Source of the DNA: Eledone cirrhosa
Lineage: Eukaryota
DNA length: 64,000 nt
Assembly: GCA_964016885.1 (NCBI GenBank)
Contig: OZ024746.1
Coordinates: 53,134,001 to 53,198,000, forward strand
Reading direction: 5' to 3'
Both the position numbers and the translations under genes were made by a program. This document shows positions 23,475 to 36,122 of this stretch, one piece after another. Below the pieces are notes generated by a model that saw only the letters and a list, made by a program, of their open reading frames with translations, was not told the DNA's origin and made no database searches. Position 1 is the first letter of the stretch; every line of letters starts with the position of its first letter.

Positions 23475-23895
23475 GTATCTGCCATTTATATACTGTAGTT
23501 TTATATTCTAGTTTTTCAGCTGTAGCTGTGACTTGCTGTTTCAGCTGCTGTAATTTGGGGTTTAGGCTTTTAAATACTGTATTTCTGAATCATTTCTCTC
23601 ATAATTTTATTATTGTTTTTGTTTTGAGGTCTTCCTGATGTTGTGTGAAATTGTTCTCTGTGTTACATTTCATAACTAAAACAATCAATGAGATACTTCT
23701 TCGCAGGAACAAAATTTTATTTTTCCAAGCTACATGCCCATGCTGGTTCAACTTTCTACTTGCATCTTTATTATGAGGCTTCAGCTGTTTATGATAAACT
23801 ACTAATGTGATAGCTGAGACATGTATCAAAAGGTATGTGTGTGTGTGTGTGTGTGTGTTTGTGTGTATTACGTATGTATGTGTGTATGTATATAT

Positions 23896-24845
23896 GTTTC
23901 AATTGATGAAATTGTGAGTACTTTGACGTTTTCATATGTTAATCTGTCGATACAATAATTAAATTGTTTTCATAGCTTAGGCCTCTGGCTGGGAATGATG
24001 TATTACAAATAATCCTATGTGTGTGCTCTAAAGAAATTTGTTGAGCAAATTGTAAACAACAAGATCAAAATAATTGTGTATTGATCTAAACTCTTATTAT
24101 TATAATTAATTCCTCTACCGATACTGCCAATCCTCGAAGGCGGTGGATTAGCAGTATCGGTAGTGGGTCGGATGCCATGCTTTCCAGCATAGTTATGTCC
24201 CTTTACGATCTGAGTTCAAATCCCACCGAGGTTGACTTTGCCTTTCATCCTTACGGGGTCGATAAAATAAAGTACCTGTAATGCACTGGGTAATTGCTGG
24301 CCTTGTGCCTAAAGTAGAAACAATTATAATTAATTCCTCTAATTTTTTCTTTGATTATGGTCGAGTGCTTCATATTGGTGAAGTGAAGCTGCTATATTAA
24401 ACATTACCACCAACTCTAGCCGTTCAGCCGCTGCAGCTGACATTTGCTGACCGACTAGCAGTTAATGTTACATGTGGGATACTTTTGTAGTAAAGTCGAT
24501 TTCCGGAAACCGATGATAATTCCTTGTCCTGAATTTGCTGGTTATGGATTTATTATCAATCAATGACCAGCGGATTCTTCACGGGATTTGAAACAGTACT
24601 GTACCAGCTTAGGTGTGGAGTTTTGTACTCCAGTAGATTTTTGTGTGCTAAACTAGGAGGATAATGAGTGTTTCAATTGATGAAATTGTTAGTACTTTAA
24701 CGTTTTCATGTGTTAATTTGTCGTTACAATAATTACATCGTCCTCATAGCTTAGCCTTCTGGCTGGTAATGTTGTATTACAATTAATCTAATACCTGTGC
24801 TCCAAAGGAATTTGTTGAGCAAATCACTGAGTATCGATCAAAACT

Positions 24846-24848
<3 letters not shown>
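23896..24848 (+). mobile_element. Older Penelope-like element with ~180-200 bp diverged direct repeats, hammerhead-like motif and a nested SINE
   Basis: Direct repeats start tgtttcaattgatgaaattg at ~23896 and ~24669. SINE inserted at ~24118-24342. Flanked by TA/TG microsatellites. Confidence 0.5.
24510..24603 (+). ncRNA. Hammerhead ribozyme-like motif (variant core, long stem II, stem I not evident)
   Basis: CCGATGA 24510-24516; stem II aattcc/gggatt plus 13-bp gaatttgctggtt/gaccagcggattc; GAAA 24590-24593; palindrome ACAGTACTGT; GTA 24601-24603. Confidence 0.55.
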
Positions 24849-24924
<76 letters not shown>

Positions 24925-25458
24925 ATATATATCCACTTGACCTATGAAGCATTGGGACATTTTGAAATGTAGTCATCCTAAGATAGATGACTATAATAAT
25001 AATTGTTTCTACTTTTGGCACAAGGCCAGCAATTATCCTAATGCATTACTGGTGCTATATTTTATCGACCCTGTAATGATGAAAGGCAAAGTTAACCTCG
25101 GCGGGATTTGAACTCAGACCGTAAAGGGACGTAACTCTATGCTGGAAAGCATGACATCCGACCCTCTACCGACACTGCCAATCAACCGCCTATAGATGAC
25201 TATAATAATAATAACGGATCATTATAAATAATGTATAGAAGACGACTACATTATATCCTAATGAGGACAGTCTTAGTTGATTCAATTTTGATATATATAT
25301 ATATATCCGATGCGTTCGGATCTAGTTGTCGAAACGGCCGGAGCTCAGCCGTCGGGATCCTGACTCTTTTAATATTACCCACTCTACTACCCTAAGTATC
25401 GAGTACTCTGGTGCGTTATGGTCTACCTAGTTTCTTACCATACCTTCTTTGTTTATAT

Positions 25459-25500
<42 letters not shown>

Positions 25501-25504
<4 letters not shown>

Positions 25505-26275
25505 TAAAACATGTCTATAGAATCACAAGATAAAATATATACCATTTCCTCTCCCAATTAGCATAATTAACTATATAAAAAATCGAATAGACCAGGCTAT
25601 AAGAATGAGGCTTCTATGAAGAAATCTCCGACAAATAACCGAAACTAGCCCTTCGCGTAATAATCTCCCATTAGGTTGAGATACAAATTTGGCTGTATTG
25701 TGCTGTGCTTTCTAGCAAAAATGCCACCAGTCGTAAGCAACTACCACACCCCTTCCAACCTGACCGCGACTACGTCACGATTTTTAGCCATTTTGAATGA
25801 ATTCTTGGCGCGATCACTTTGGAAAATTTAGTGTCTAGATAAGAGCAAATCTCCTGATGAATCCGGTGCTCGAGTTTATATAATTATTACATAATTATTG
25901 GAAAACTCAAAATACGGTTGAAACCATGGTAGAGGTATTTAAATGTATTCTATTTTCTCCTAGTTTATTTTACACCTAATTCTGTTTAGTTGACTGTATC
26001 TGGGCGATTACGCTGTCGAAATATTCGATAAATATTCCGTTGCGGCCGACGCGAAGGGCTAGTTTCAGTTATTTGTCGGAGATTTCTTCATAGAAGCCTC
26101 ATTCTTATAGCCTGGTCTATTCGATTTTTTATATAGTTAATTATGCTAATTGGGAGAGGAAATGGTATATATTTTATCTTGTGATTCTATAGACATGTTT
26201 TATGATATATAGCTCTGATTATTTAATTTATTAATTTTTCATTGAGCCACAAAGTGACCCGTTGCAAAAAACGTA
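25501..26275 (+). mobile_element. Non-autonomous Penelope-like element with hammerhead and inverted 5' copy
   Basis: 25501-25658 is the near-perfect reverse complement of 26049-26206. Hammerhead at 25847-25939. (TA)n on both sides and no ORF. Confidence 0.6.
25847..25939 (+). ncRNA. Type I hammerhead ribozyme, Penelope-type with palindromic stem III and long stem II
   Basis: atctc/gaggt stem I; CTGATGA 25854-25860; stem II atccg/cggtt + gagttt/aaactc + ataatta/taattat; GAAA 25920-25923; palindrome ACCATGGT; GTA 25929-25931. Confidence 0.72.
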
Positions 26276-26867
26276 TATGTATATATATGTATATATATAT
26301 GTAAACTTTTATATATATATATATATATAGCGTTTAACGTTTGTTATAGCTCTGGTTCATCTGAACCATTGAGCACTTGCCTCACATCTCGGAGGTTTTT
26401 TTTCGTTATTTCGTGGGCCGAAATGCGAATCTCGATAATTTATGATTGTTTATATATATATATATAGAATCTCATCTATATATATATATATATATATATA
26501 TTGCTAGAGGTTACCCGCCATTATCCGACCATGACTATATGAAATGTCGTGAGTCGCATCAATATAAAGTTGCGTTTAACCTCACCTTTATATATCAATC
26601 AAAGTCTTCCCTGATTTCTTGTACCACTAGACAACTGTGATTAGAGTATTTGTCTTGGTAACCAAAGATCTTCCATTCTTTGGATATATTCAGCCCTGTA
26701 AAGGTTTCATTGCACCAATATTTGCTCCCTAGCAGGGAGCTTTGCTATTTCTAGGATGATGGCGTTGCTGACCTCGATCTACCAGGTGATCTATATGATC
26801 TGTCTCATTTGTCTCACCAGGAGCTTTTAAAGCTGTTTGTCTTTTCTTTTCTGCTAACCACGTAGAA

Positions 26868-27086
26868 CAGAAATGTCAAACATGCGGCCCGTGGGCTACA
26901 TGCGGCCCTTTACAAGCACACCTGCGGCCCGCACAAAGGTTTTTACAGCGCGAGCATGTTTTATTTTTGTAATATAAAATTAAAAATATTAGTTGTAATG
27001 TGCGCAATTAGTTGTCGTGTGTGGCCCTCACACAACACATATGTGACCCATGTGGGCTTCGGGCGACCCTCAGTTTGACATGCCTG
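26868..27086 (+). mobile_element. hAT MITE
   Basis: TIRs cagaaatgtcaaac/gtttgacatgcctg; subterminal gcggccc repeats; 8-bp TSD acgtagaa/atgtagaa. Confidence 0.85.
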
Positions 27087-27566
27087 ATGTAGAAGACGTG
27101 GTTGGTTCAACCTCAAGTAAATAATAGAATGAAACAAAAAAATCAACGCATGGAAATATCCAATCTCTCCCCAGTTCCCAATGAAATTCATGAGCATTTT
27201 TTTCTGTTTTTATGCCTTTTGACATTTATGCAAGCTTTTTTTTCTTTTCATCATCAGCCAAAGGTACCCCATCGGAGGAAACACCAATAGTAAATGGGTC
27301 CCTTAGGGAACTGTCTTGAGGATCAATGTTGTTTGTTGTGGCTCTCTCAAATATGCCATCAGCTACTGTGTTTGTGTGTATATATATGTGTGTGTGTATA
27401 TGTGTGTGTGTGTATATATATATATACATATATACATATGTGTGTATATATATATATATAAATATACATATATATATATATGTGTGTATGTATATATATA
27501 TATATACATATATAAATGTGTGTGTGTATATTTATACATATATATATACATATATATATATATGTG

Positions 27567-27644
<78 letters not shown>

Positions 27645-28288
27645 TATATACATATATATGTGTGTGTCTGTGTGTGTATGTATACAGATACCACTATGCA
27701 TCTGTACACTCCACAGACTACACATACAATTCCTTCAAGACCATATATCCACAAATACAATTTCTTTGGCAGTATCGGTAGAGGGTCGGACGCCATGCTT
27801 TGACGCATAGAGTTACGGCCCTTGCCATTCTGATTTCAAATCCCGCCGAGGTTAACTTTGCCTTTCATCCTTACGGGGTCGATAAAATAAAGTACCAGTA
27901 ATGCGCTGGGTAATTGCTGGCCTTGTGCCAAAAAGTAGAAGCAAATATTGCTCTTACTGCCACTTTGTTTGTTTGTCCACTTCCTGTTCTGACCATCAAA
28001 TTTCTCCCAATCCACATCTACTCTCCATTTGGTATCATTCTTACACTTTTTTTTATTCTTTTCTTACTCAACTTTGATAAAAGGTTTAATTCAAAATGTC
28101 AGAACCCTTCTCTTTCTATTTGGCATCGATATTTCCACTACAAGCATTGATCATATATTTTGTCAACCACGTATATTGTTTTTGCATTTTTGTTTTTACT
28201 TACCCGTTTGTGGTATATCATCCACCCGTGTCTCCTGTCTGCACAATGAGATGAATAACACGAGTGGATAACATTGTCGGTCGATATA

Positions 28289-28510
28289 CAGGGTGAGTCA
28301 TAAGTAACCGGACAGTCAATGCATTTTTATTGCAAGGTTCACAGATAACTTTTTGATAATTTGATTATTTGTGTGTGATCAGACATGGTTATATATTTTT
28401 AACTACTTTTGTTTTATGTATTTGTAATTTCGTAATGTATGACTAAAATTGTTGTAAATTTTATCACTCGGAATCATGTTGGACTTTCCAGTTACTTATG
28501 ACTCCCTCTG
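28289..28510. mobile_element. Tc1/mariner-type MITE
   Basis: TA|cagggtgagtcataagtaac ... gttacttatgactccctctg|TA. Confidence 0.85.
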
Positions 28511-28805
28511 TATTTTACACATGTTTACTCTTTCAACTTTTCTTGTCGGTTTCTCTCTCTTTCTCTCTTCCTTCTCTTCTTCCAGTAGTAATGTATGTCA
28601 CATAGAGTAAGGAGCATCGGTGGCTCGTCTGAGGGTGCCCTGCGAGTTTGGGTGGCTGTTGCAGCGAGTGTCACTGGCCATCGTCCGGGGGAATGCTTCT
28701 ACCGTCTTGTCAGCAAGGCGCAGCACTTCTACCCTCTTGCCCTAGGCCCAAAACCCAATCCCCCTCCCCCTTCACCCTTCTCTCTCTTCTGCTACCCACA
28801 TAGAA

Positions 28806-29025
28806 CAGGCATGTCAAACATGCGGCCCGCAGGCTGCATGCGGCCCTTTACAAGCACCCCTGCGTGCAGCACAAAGGTTTTTACAGCGCAAGCTTGTTTT
28901 ATCTTTGTAATATAAAATTTTTAAAAATTAGTTGTAATGTGTGCAAATAGTTGTCGTGTGTGGCCCTCAGACAACACATATGTGACCCATGTGGCCCTCG
29001 GGAGACCCTCAGTTTCACATGCCTG
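28806..29025 (+). mobile_element. hAT MITE, same family
   Basis: TIRs caggcatgtcaaac/gtttcacatgcctg; 8-bp TSD acatagaa/gcatagaa. Confidence 0.85.
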
Positions 29026-30242
29026 GCATAGAAGATATTTCTATATTGAAAATAAACATCTATATTGCTGGTTGTGGATTGATTTTTATGTAATCTAAAG
29101 CAATGGTCCCTAAAGTGGTTTATATCGACTCGCACAGATCAATGGAACTATCCAGAGATTTTATTGAACCTTTGGGTCAAAGCCTGACATTCGTATAAGA
29201 AATGAAAATATATTAGTCAAAGGTGTCTAACTTAGGCACAAGACCAGAAATATGTGGTGGGAGAAATCGATTATATCGACAATATTACTTGACCAGTACT
29301 CAATATTATCGACCCTAGAAGGATGAAAGATAAAGTTTTATCCACTGCTCTAATGATTCTGTCAATCTAACGGCTTAAATTACTATAAAATACAACTCAT
29401 ACACGTTTCTGCTTTATATAATTTCTCTTTTTGGACTATTTAGTTATATTCTCTTCGTTGATTATTTTTTTATTTTCTTGCTTATAATTGTACAAGCTTG
29501 GGATCTATGAGGAGTCAAGGAATTCATGAAAGGTATCGATATTTAGGGATCGTTGGCCTAAGGCGACCGTGTCAAAGAGTAACAATCTACGTTGTCACTC
29601 AAATCTGCTAGAAGTAACAGCAAATTTCTCTCAAATAAAACTTTATAGTCTTACAAAACGAAAGCCATATTGGATAATATAATCTTAGGTACACAATACA
29701 AAGCGAGATGGGATAATCACTTCTGAAATGCATTTGATCATCTATGGGTTTTTAAATCCTGCTGGAGCCATAGGAACGCCGTCATGACATACGTTTTGGA
29801 CAACATATAAACCTGGCGAAGTCCATCCCTATTCATATGTAAACATAGTTGATTTCTTGCAGAGGAAAAGAAAAAGTGAGAAAGAGATATATGGAGGAAA
29901 AATTAACCCCAGTACTTGACTGGGTACTATCAACAACGAAAGGATGAAGAGCAAAGTTCACCTCTGTGGAATTTGAACCCACAGCCTAAAGAGCCTAAAG
30001 AACCGGAATGAATACTACAAAGTAATTTTATACAACATTGTAACGACTCTATTAAGTTGCCATCTTATTTATTCATAGGTTTAGTCCATGATTATTAGCA
30101 GAGATGTTCGAGCGTCGGATTGAATCCTATTAAGGTCAACTTAGTCTTTCATCTTTTTGGGATCGATAAATAAAGTACCAATTTAGCGTGGCATATTGAT
30201 AGAATTGTTAGAGCATGGAGCATCAGACGTGATGCTTTAGGG

Positions 30243-30561
30243 CAGAGGTGTGCAACATATTCCATTGGCGGGCCACTTTTGAACATTAGAACAACTATTA
30301 GGGCCATTAATATATATTAAGCACTATTCCACAGATTCACCACAACTTCTTTCCATAACATGGAACTGGGAAATTACAACACACATATCCCGATCAGTGA
30401 AGTCCTTTAGTATAGGTCAACTAACAGAAAATTGTATTACGGTTACGAAAAGAATTCTAAATAAGCCTACAAGATATAAATTAAAAACGGTTATCGCGGG
30501 CCACTCTGACTAGTCTGGCGGGCCAGATTGTGGCCCCCGGGCCGTCTGTTGCACGCCACTG
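30243..30561 (+). mobile_element. hAT-type MITE (different family) inside a SINE remnant
   Basis: TIRs cagaggtgtgcaac/gttgcacgccactg; gcgggcca subterminal repeats; TSD unclear. Confidence 0.7.
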
Positions 30562-31544
30562 CATTTGGCCGTTTGTGTTCTGAATTCGCCTGCAACAACA
30601 TTGGTGTCAAGCTGTATCAACCCTTGCCCTTCCGTTGGACAACATTGGTGGTGTGAAGATGGATAACTTACAAACACAAACCTTGCTGTGGCGTGCGCTT
30701 CGGCGAGGATCTTTCAAGGTGCAAACACAAAGTCAGTCATGGCCGAAAAGGCTCTTTGATTTTGTGAGGAGATGCTCAATAAAATTATAACTTAGCAAAC
30801 ATTTATTCTTTGACTTATATATATATAAGATTAAAAAATGGAGTTAAAGACTCATATTCATCCCCCTATAATAATTTAACGAGCTCAAGCAATAGATTCC
30901 GGGCTCTTTATAAGTCAGCATATAGAGAGAAGTTCACATAGAGATATGTGTTAACAGTCAAGCAGCGAATTGGAACAGTCAGTCGGTTGTCAAATGCCTC
31001 GGTATTTGTTCAGGCTTTCTTCGCTCTGTGTTCAAATCCCACCGAAGTCATCATTGTTTTCACCATACCATGGTCGATAAATTAAGTACCAACCAAGTAA
31101 CTGAATGTATTGTGGTATCTGATTTGGTTTCGTGCGTTCTAAATTCAAATCCTACCTCAATCTGTCAGAAATTACGATCAGCAGATAGTTTCACTAATGG
31201 AAATACCAATAGAAACATTATTTCTTTGATATGATCTGCCAATCTGTTCCTTTCCCGTTTATAACCAACTAAATCACTCAGGACCTTTCTGTAAAGAATC
31301 CCCTATTAACGTAACAAAAACTAATAACAGAATCATTTTATTTTATAATTTACATGGACTCTCTGTCTGTGTAACACCCACCCGACGTTTTCTAACCTCT
31401 CTCTCTGTAATGTCACCCTCATTCGTCACACATGTGGCAACAATAGAAAGAAAAAAAAATTGTTATTACTTTTCAAAGCGTTGAATTTAATCATAGTTTA
31501 TTTCAATGAAAATACATTGGTGTCGTTGGCAAGGAATAGGGATG

Positions 31545-31578
<34 letters not shown>

Positions 31579-31595
31579 GTATATATATATATATA

Positions 31596-32310
31596 TGTCC
31601 ATGCAGGAGCACTGAGTGTAGTGTCAACTCTGGATGTCGGTGAGCATGTCCAGCTAACCTCAGTCTCCTCTGTGTCACTTTTGAGCTGACTTTTAGGAGG
31701 CTCCCATACAGCTCTGAGTTTTTCATCCTCAGTGTATACTGATTAATGTTCTGAGCCATCCTCAGCATTCTCGCGCAGCACCCATCCACCATCTGAGGGA
31801 GTTTCTTGGTCAGTGTCCATATCTCAGACCCGTACATCAGCACAGACTCCACTACAGCAATGAAGAGGCGGATCTTCAGGTCTTTACGAAGGTCCGACTT
31901 CCACACCGATCTCAAATTGTGGCACGCCGCCCAGGATTTGATCTTCCTCTCGACCACATCATTTTCCGTATTCCCAATCTTTGCTCCCAAGTACAGGAAG
32001 TCCTCAACCAACTCTAGCGGCTTCCCGCCTACATTAGTAATCCCTTCTGGCTTCTCAACATTCTCTACCAGATATTTTATCTTAATCTCATTCATTCTCA
32101 GTCCCACACTCATCGACACAGTCTCAACCTCCTGCATCAAATCCTGCATGGACACACTGGAAGAGGAAGACCAAGCTTAACGTATGTTGATGCCCTAAGG
32201 ACAGACACTGGTCTGTTGGAGATGCAGGACATGGCAGCGATAATGAGGGACAGAGACCACAGGAGAGAACTCGTCCATGGATCTCGGGAATTTGACCCGC
32301 CCTAGATAGA
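31596..32310. mobile_element. RTE-like LINE 3' fragment with internal inversion
   Basis: Minus strand 32154-31596 encodes GLRMN..FLYLG..VLMYGSEIWTL..RRLRLAGH. Plus strand 32147-32305 encodes [23 protein letters not shown]...* (the C-terminus). Confidence 0.85.
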
Positions 32311-32354
32311 TATATGTATGTATAAATGTATATATTTTTATGTGTATATATTTT

Positions 32355-32417
<63 letters not shown>

Positions 32418-32570
32418 GTGTGTGTGTGTGTGTGTGTATGTTTGTATGTATGCATATATAAATCAGTCTGGAACTAGCCGTTGAAATGGCAAGAGCACAA
32501 CCGTCGGGGTTAAACACATTTTCCTATATATATATATACATACATATATATGTCAATGCGTGTATATAGA

Positions 32571-32629
<59 letters not shown>

Positions 32630-33149
32630 GTTCACACATTTATACAGGTGTACCTCTCAAAAAGAGATAGCACACGCCACACACACACACAACCACATAA
32701 ACACAAACCCATAATGCATATGCAAGTATGCGTTTATGTATGTATGAACGTATGTATGTGTGTGTGTGTGTAATAGCTAGCTTCTCTCTTTTCGTCTCCT
32801 CCTCTTCCATCTCTCCTTTCTTCATATCATCATGAATTTATTCCGCCCCCCCCCCTCCCACTCCTCCGCCTCAATCTCCTCCTCCTCCTCCTCTTCCTCC
32901 AGCTCTCGCTTCTTCACATCACCATGCTGACGAACAACATGATTTTCCTCCTCAACCTACTCCTCCCACTCCCTCCTCTGTACTTTCACTTGCTTCTATT
33001 CAGAGGAGCATATCAATATCATCTATGTAATGCTGATAAATCACGTCATATTTATCAACATTTAAATAGATTAGCGAGGGGAGAGTGGTGGGATGCATAT
33101 TAAAGAGTATTGCGTGTTGTTTATATGTCTGTCTATGTGTATGAATAGT

Positions 33150-33213
<64 letters not shown>

Positions 33214-34821
33214 GGTAGAAATGGTGGTGTTGATACTGTGAAGTTAGATGTTCTTCTACAGCCAGGCTTGACATGAAATAAATCTTGTTTTCTTGTAGAT
33301 GCTCTTGCATTAGTGCACACACACACATATATATATATACACACACACATACATACATACACACATACACACACACACATACACACACACATACACAGAC
33401 ACACACACATACATACATACACACACACACACATACACACACACACACATACACACGTACGTACGTACGTTTAGAATTTCGTGAATTAACCTGTAAGTTA
33501 TCAGCTTCACACACACATACACGCATACACATATATACACACATACATACACGCATACACATATATAGACACATACACACATACATACACACAGATGAAC
33601 ACACACAAACTCTTTTCCTCTCTTTCCTTTTCTCTCCTTCTCCCTAGCCAATCGGGAATCCCTGGTGTGATCGCGTTCTTCTAGATATGATAGTTAAATC
33701 TCCCTCAAACCAATCTCTAAACCTTTTAAATGAAAGTCACATTGTATACTTTATGAATAAAAAAGACTGGATGGTCAAAACTGGATTATTTTTTTTATCA
33801 TGAGTCTGTTGGATCAGATTTGAGCCAAGATAATACAACAATAACAACAGCAACAACAATACGCCTTTGAGTCAAATCTTTTGCAAACCTTATATTTAAT
33901 TGCAATCGATTGGATAATGTAGTCTGGTGTATATTATGCCAGATAAAATTAAAAAATGCAATGGCCATGTCGTGAACGTCTTTAATCATACACCTGCTTA
34001 GTTAAAGCTCACCTAGGGCTAAAACACCAAATAACCGCAACAACATACGCACGTATGTGCAGCCTAACTATTCTGGAAGTATAAAGTTATTAACAAACAA
34101 CAGTATGTCAATCATTAAAAGTTGGAACAAACCAATCAGGTAGCTTCTAAATCATTGTTTGGTCTGTTTGAAATAGAAACTAAATCGTCCTCAAATTAAA
34201 CCTTACCATCTTAAACAAGCAAGGTCACATTAGATAATGCATTCCTGAGTTGGAATTCCTCTGAGCATAGATTTGTTTGTTACCAAATGCTGATAAAAGA
34301 CGCAGCTTGAAATGTTCAAATAATTTTGAAAATAATAAAAAAGATTCGAGGAGATTTAATAATGTAAGTATCTTTCTCCCCCGGAGTTCAAATCCTGCCG
34401 AGGTTAACTTTGCCTTTCATCCTTACGGGGTCGATAAAATAAAGTACCAGTAATACACTGGGATAATTGCTGGCCGTGCGCCAGATGTAGAAACAATTAT
34501 TAAACTGGTGTGAAGGTAGTGTATTGGCGGTATCGAAAGAGTACCGGATAACATGCTTTGTGGCATATAGTATCACCATTTGTAACTCAATAAAAGAAAG
34601 ACGAGTCATTAAATTCTGAAAATTTCAATCCTGGTTCTGGTTGGAACATGTTCCATTTTATTTTAAAAAAGTTTGTTGGTGTGATTTTGTTTTCAACATT
34701 GATGTATGAGTACGTGGTGATGACACGAGCTAACTAAGTAGCAGGCACCTTCCGATTGGTTTATAGTTGAACTCATAGTGGTTGAATAATATAGGATGTC
34801 GAACCAACTGTGATCAGGATG

Positions 34822-34935
34822 AAGATAGCCATCCGCGAGAATAAGCCCCGCTAGTTAGACTGGCTCTTTCAGCGCATCTCCTTCGCCATCCTCCGTGGTA
34901 ATGAATTTGCCATTCTATCCACAGGTACCATTAAG
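34822..34935 (+). mobile_element. CRE-like non-LTR retrotransposon C-terminal remnant
   Basis: Translates to ..LDWLFQRISFAILRGNEFAILS, resembling the QRlS.a..RGNA C-terminal motif of RLE-type CRE elements. Confidence 0.55.
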
Positions 34936-35249
34936 CAGCATTTATCTGGTGTTTCTTATCGGTAGGTTTATTTTAACCAAAACAGAATCAAGAGGGATTA
35001 CAGACGATGGGGTTATAATTGATTTCAGGATAAAACATGATGATAATGGTGTATCATTTGAATAGGATATTGAAGGGTACGAATTGACAGAGGGGTTAGG
35101 GCATCGGTTTAAACGTTTCGGTATTTGTTCAGCCTCACTGCTCTCTGAGTTCAAATCCCATATCTCACTCGCTATCCCCTGTGGGCAACGTATTTGCCAC
35201 TCTGTCCGTCCAGACCAAAAGGTAGCAGTTATATGATATTTTATAATGG

Positions 35250-35870
35250 ATAGCCCAATTACCAGCGCCTTGCTGCGTTTCACACATTTTTTAATAAGAA
35301 AATGATGATTGATTTTAAATCAGTGATATAATTTATGGAGAAAAAATAAAGGGAAAATGTTAAAAAAGTAAAGGCATTAACTAATAATTTTTGTTGTCAT
35401 AATTCTAGTGATGTTTTGCCATAGATAAAATGTCTAAATTAACCAAATTTTACTATAAAAGAGAGGTGCTTTTTTTTGTTGATTTACGTTTAATTAATAG
35501 AAAACCCCCGTGATAAGATAATAGAGGTTGCAATACTCAAGTTATGGGCTTCCAAAATGTTCACTATAGGGGTTTTAACCCCATTAGGGTGTCTTAACAT
35601 TATTGAAATTTGCTGCAATTTTGTGAATAGGCATCATATCTTGTCATTTACGTATGGTTTAAATTTCATATAAAATCGAAGGGAAAACATTTCAGCGGAG
35701 GTTTGTGCCCCCAGGGAACCCTTTGATTAAAATGAAATATACTTATCCAAGTACCCTGGGTAATGTAGTTTCAGAATATATATGGTTATGGGGGTCTATC
35801 TCCAAAACCATAGGTGTAGTTCGTGAACAAACAAACAAACAGACAGGAACTACAACTTTATATATATAGA
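35250..35870 (-). mobile_element. Non-autonomous Helitron-like element, copy 2
   Basis: Minus strand begins TCtatatatataaa; ~500 bp shared with 2390-2920. Confidence 0.65.
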
Positions 35871-36082
35871 TATGAGAGTTTAGTAAATTTAATAATAATT
35901 TAATTTAGAAACTAGTTATGATAAGTTCTATATAGACACACTGGTAGGTGGCCTGGGGAAATTTTGTAAATTATTTGCCAGTTGGTTATAGTACCTATGT
36001 GTTGGGCAGGAGAACAGAAGTTGATTTCTGTGAGAGAAGAGTAGATGCAATTGGTATGATGAGTGTGTGTATGTGTGTGTGT

Positions 36083-36122
<40 letters not shown>

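Noticed and set aside
25847-26087. Alternative hammerhead pairing of aaatctcc (25847) with GTC-ggagattt (26075)
   Set aside because: It would consume core C3 and has no matching stem III; the local fold ending at GTA 25931 fits better.
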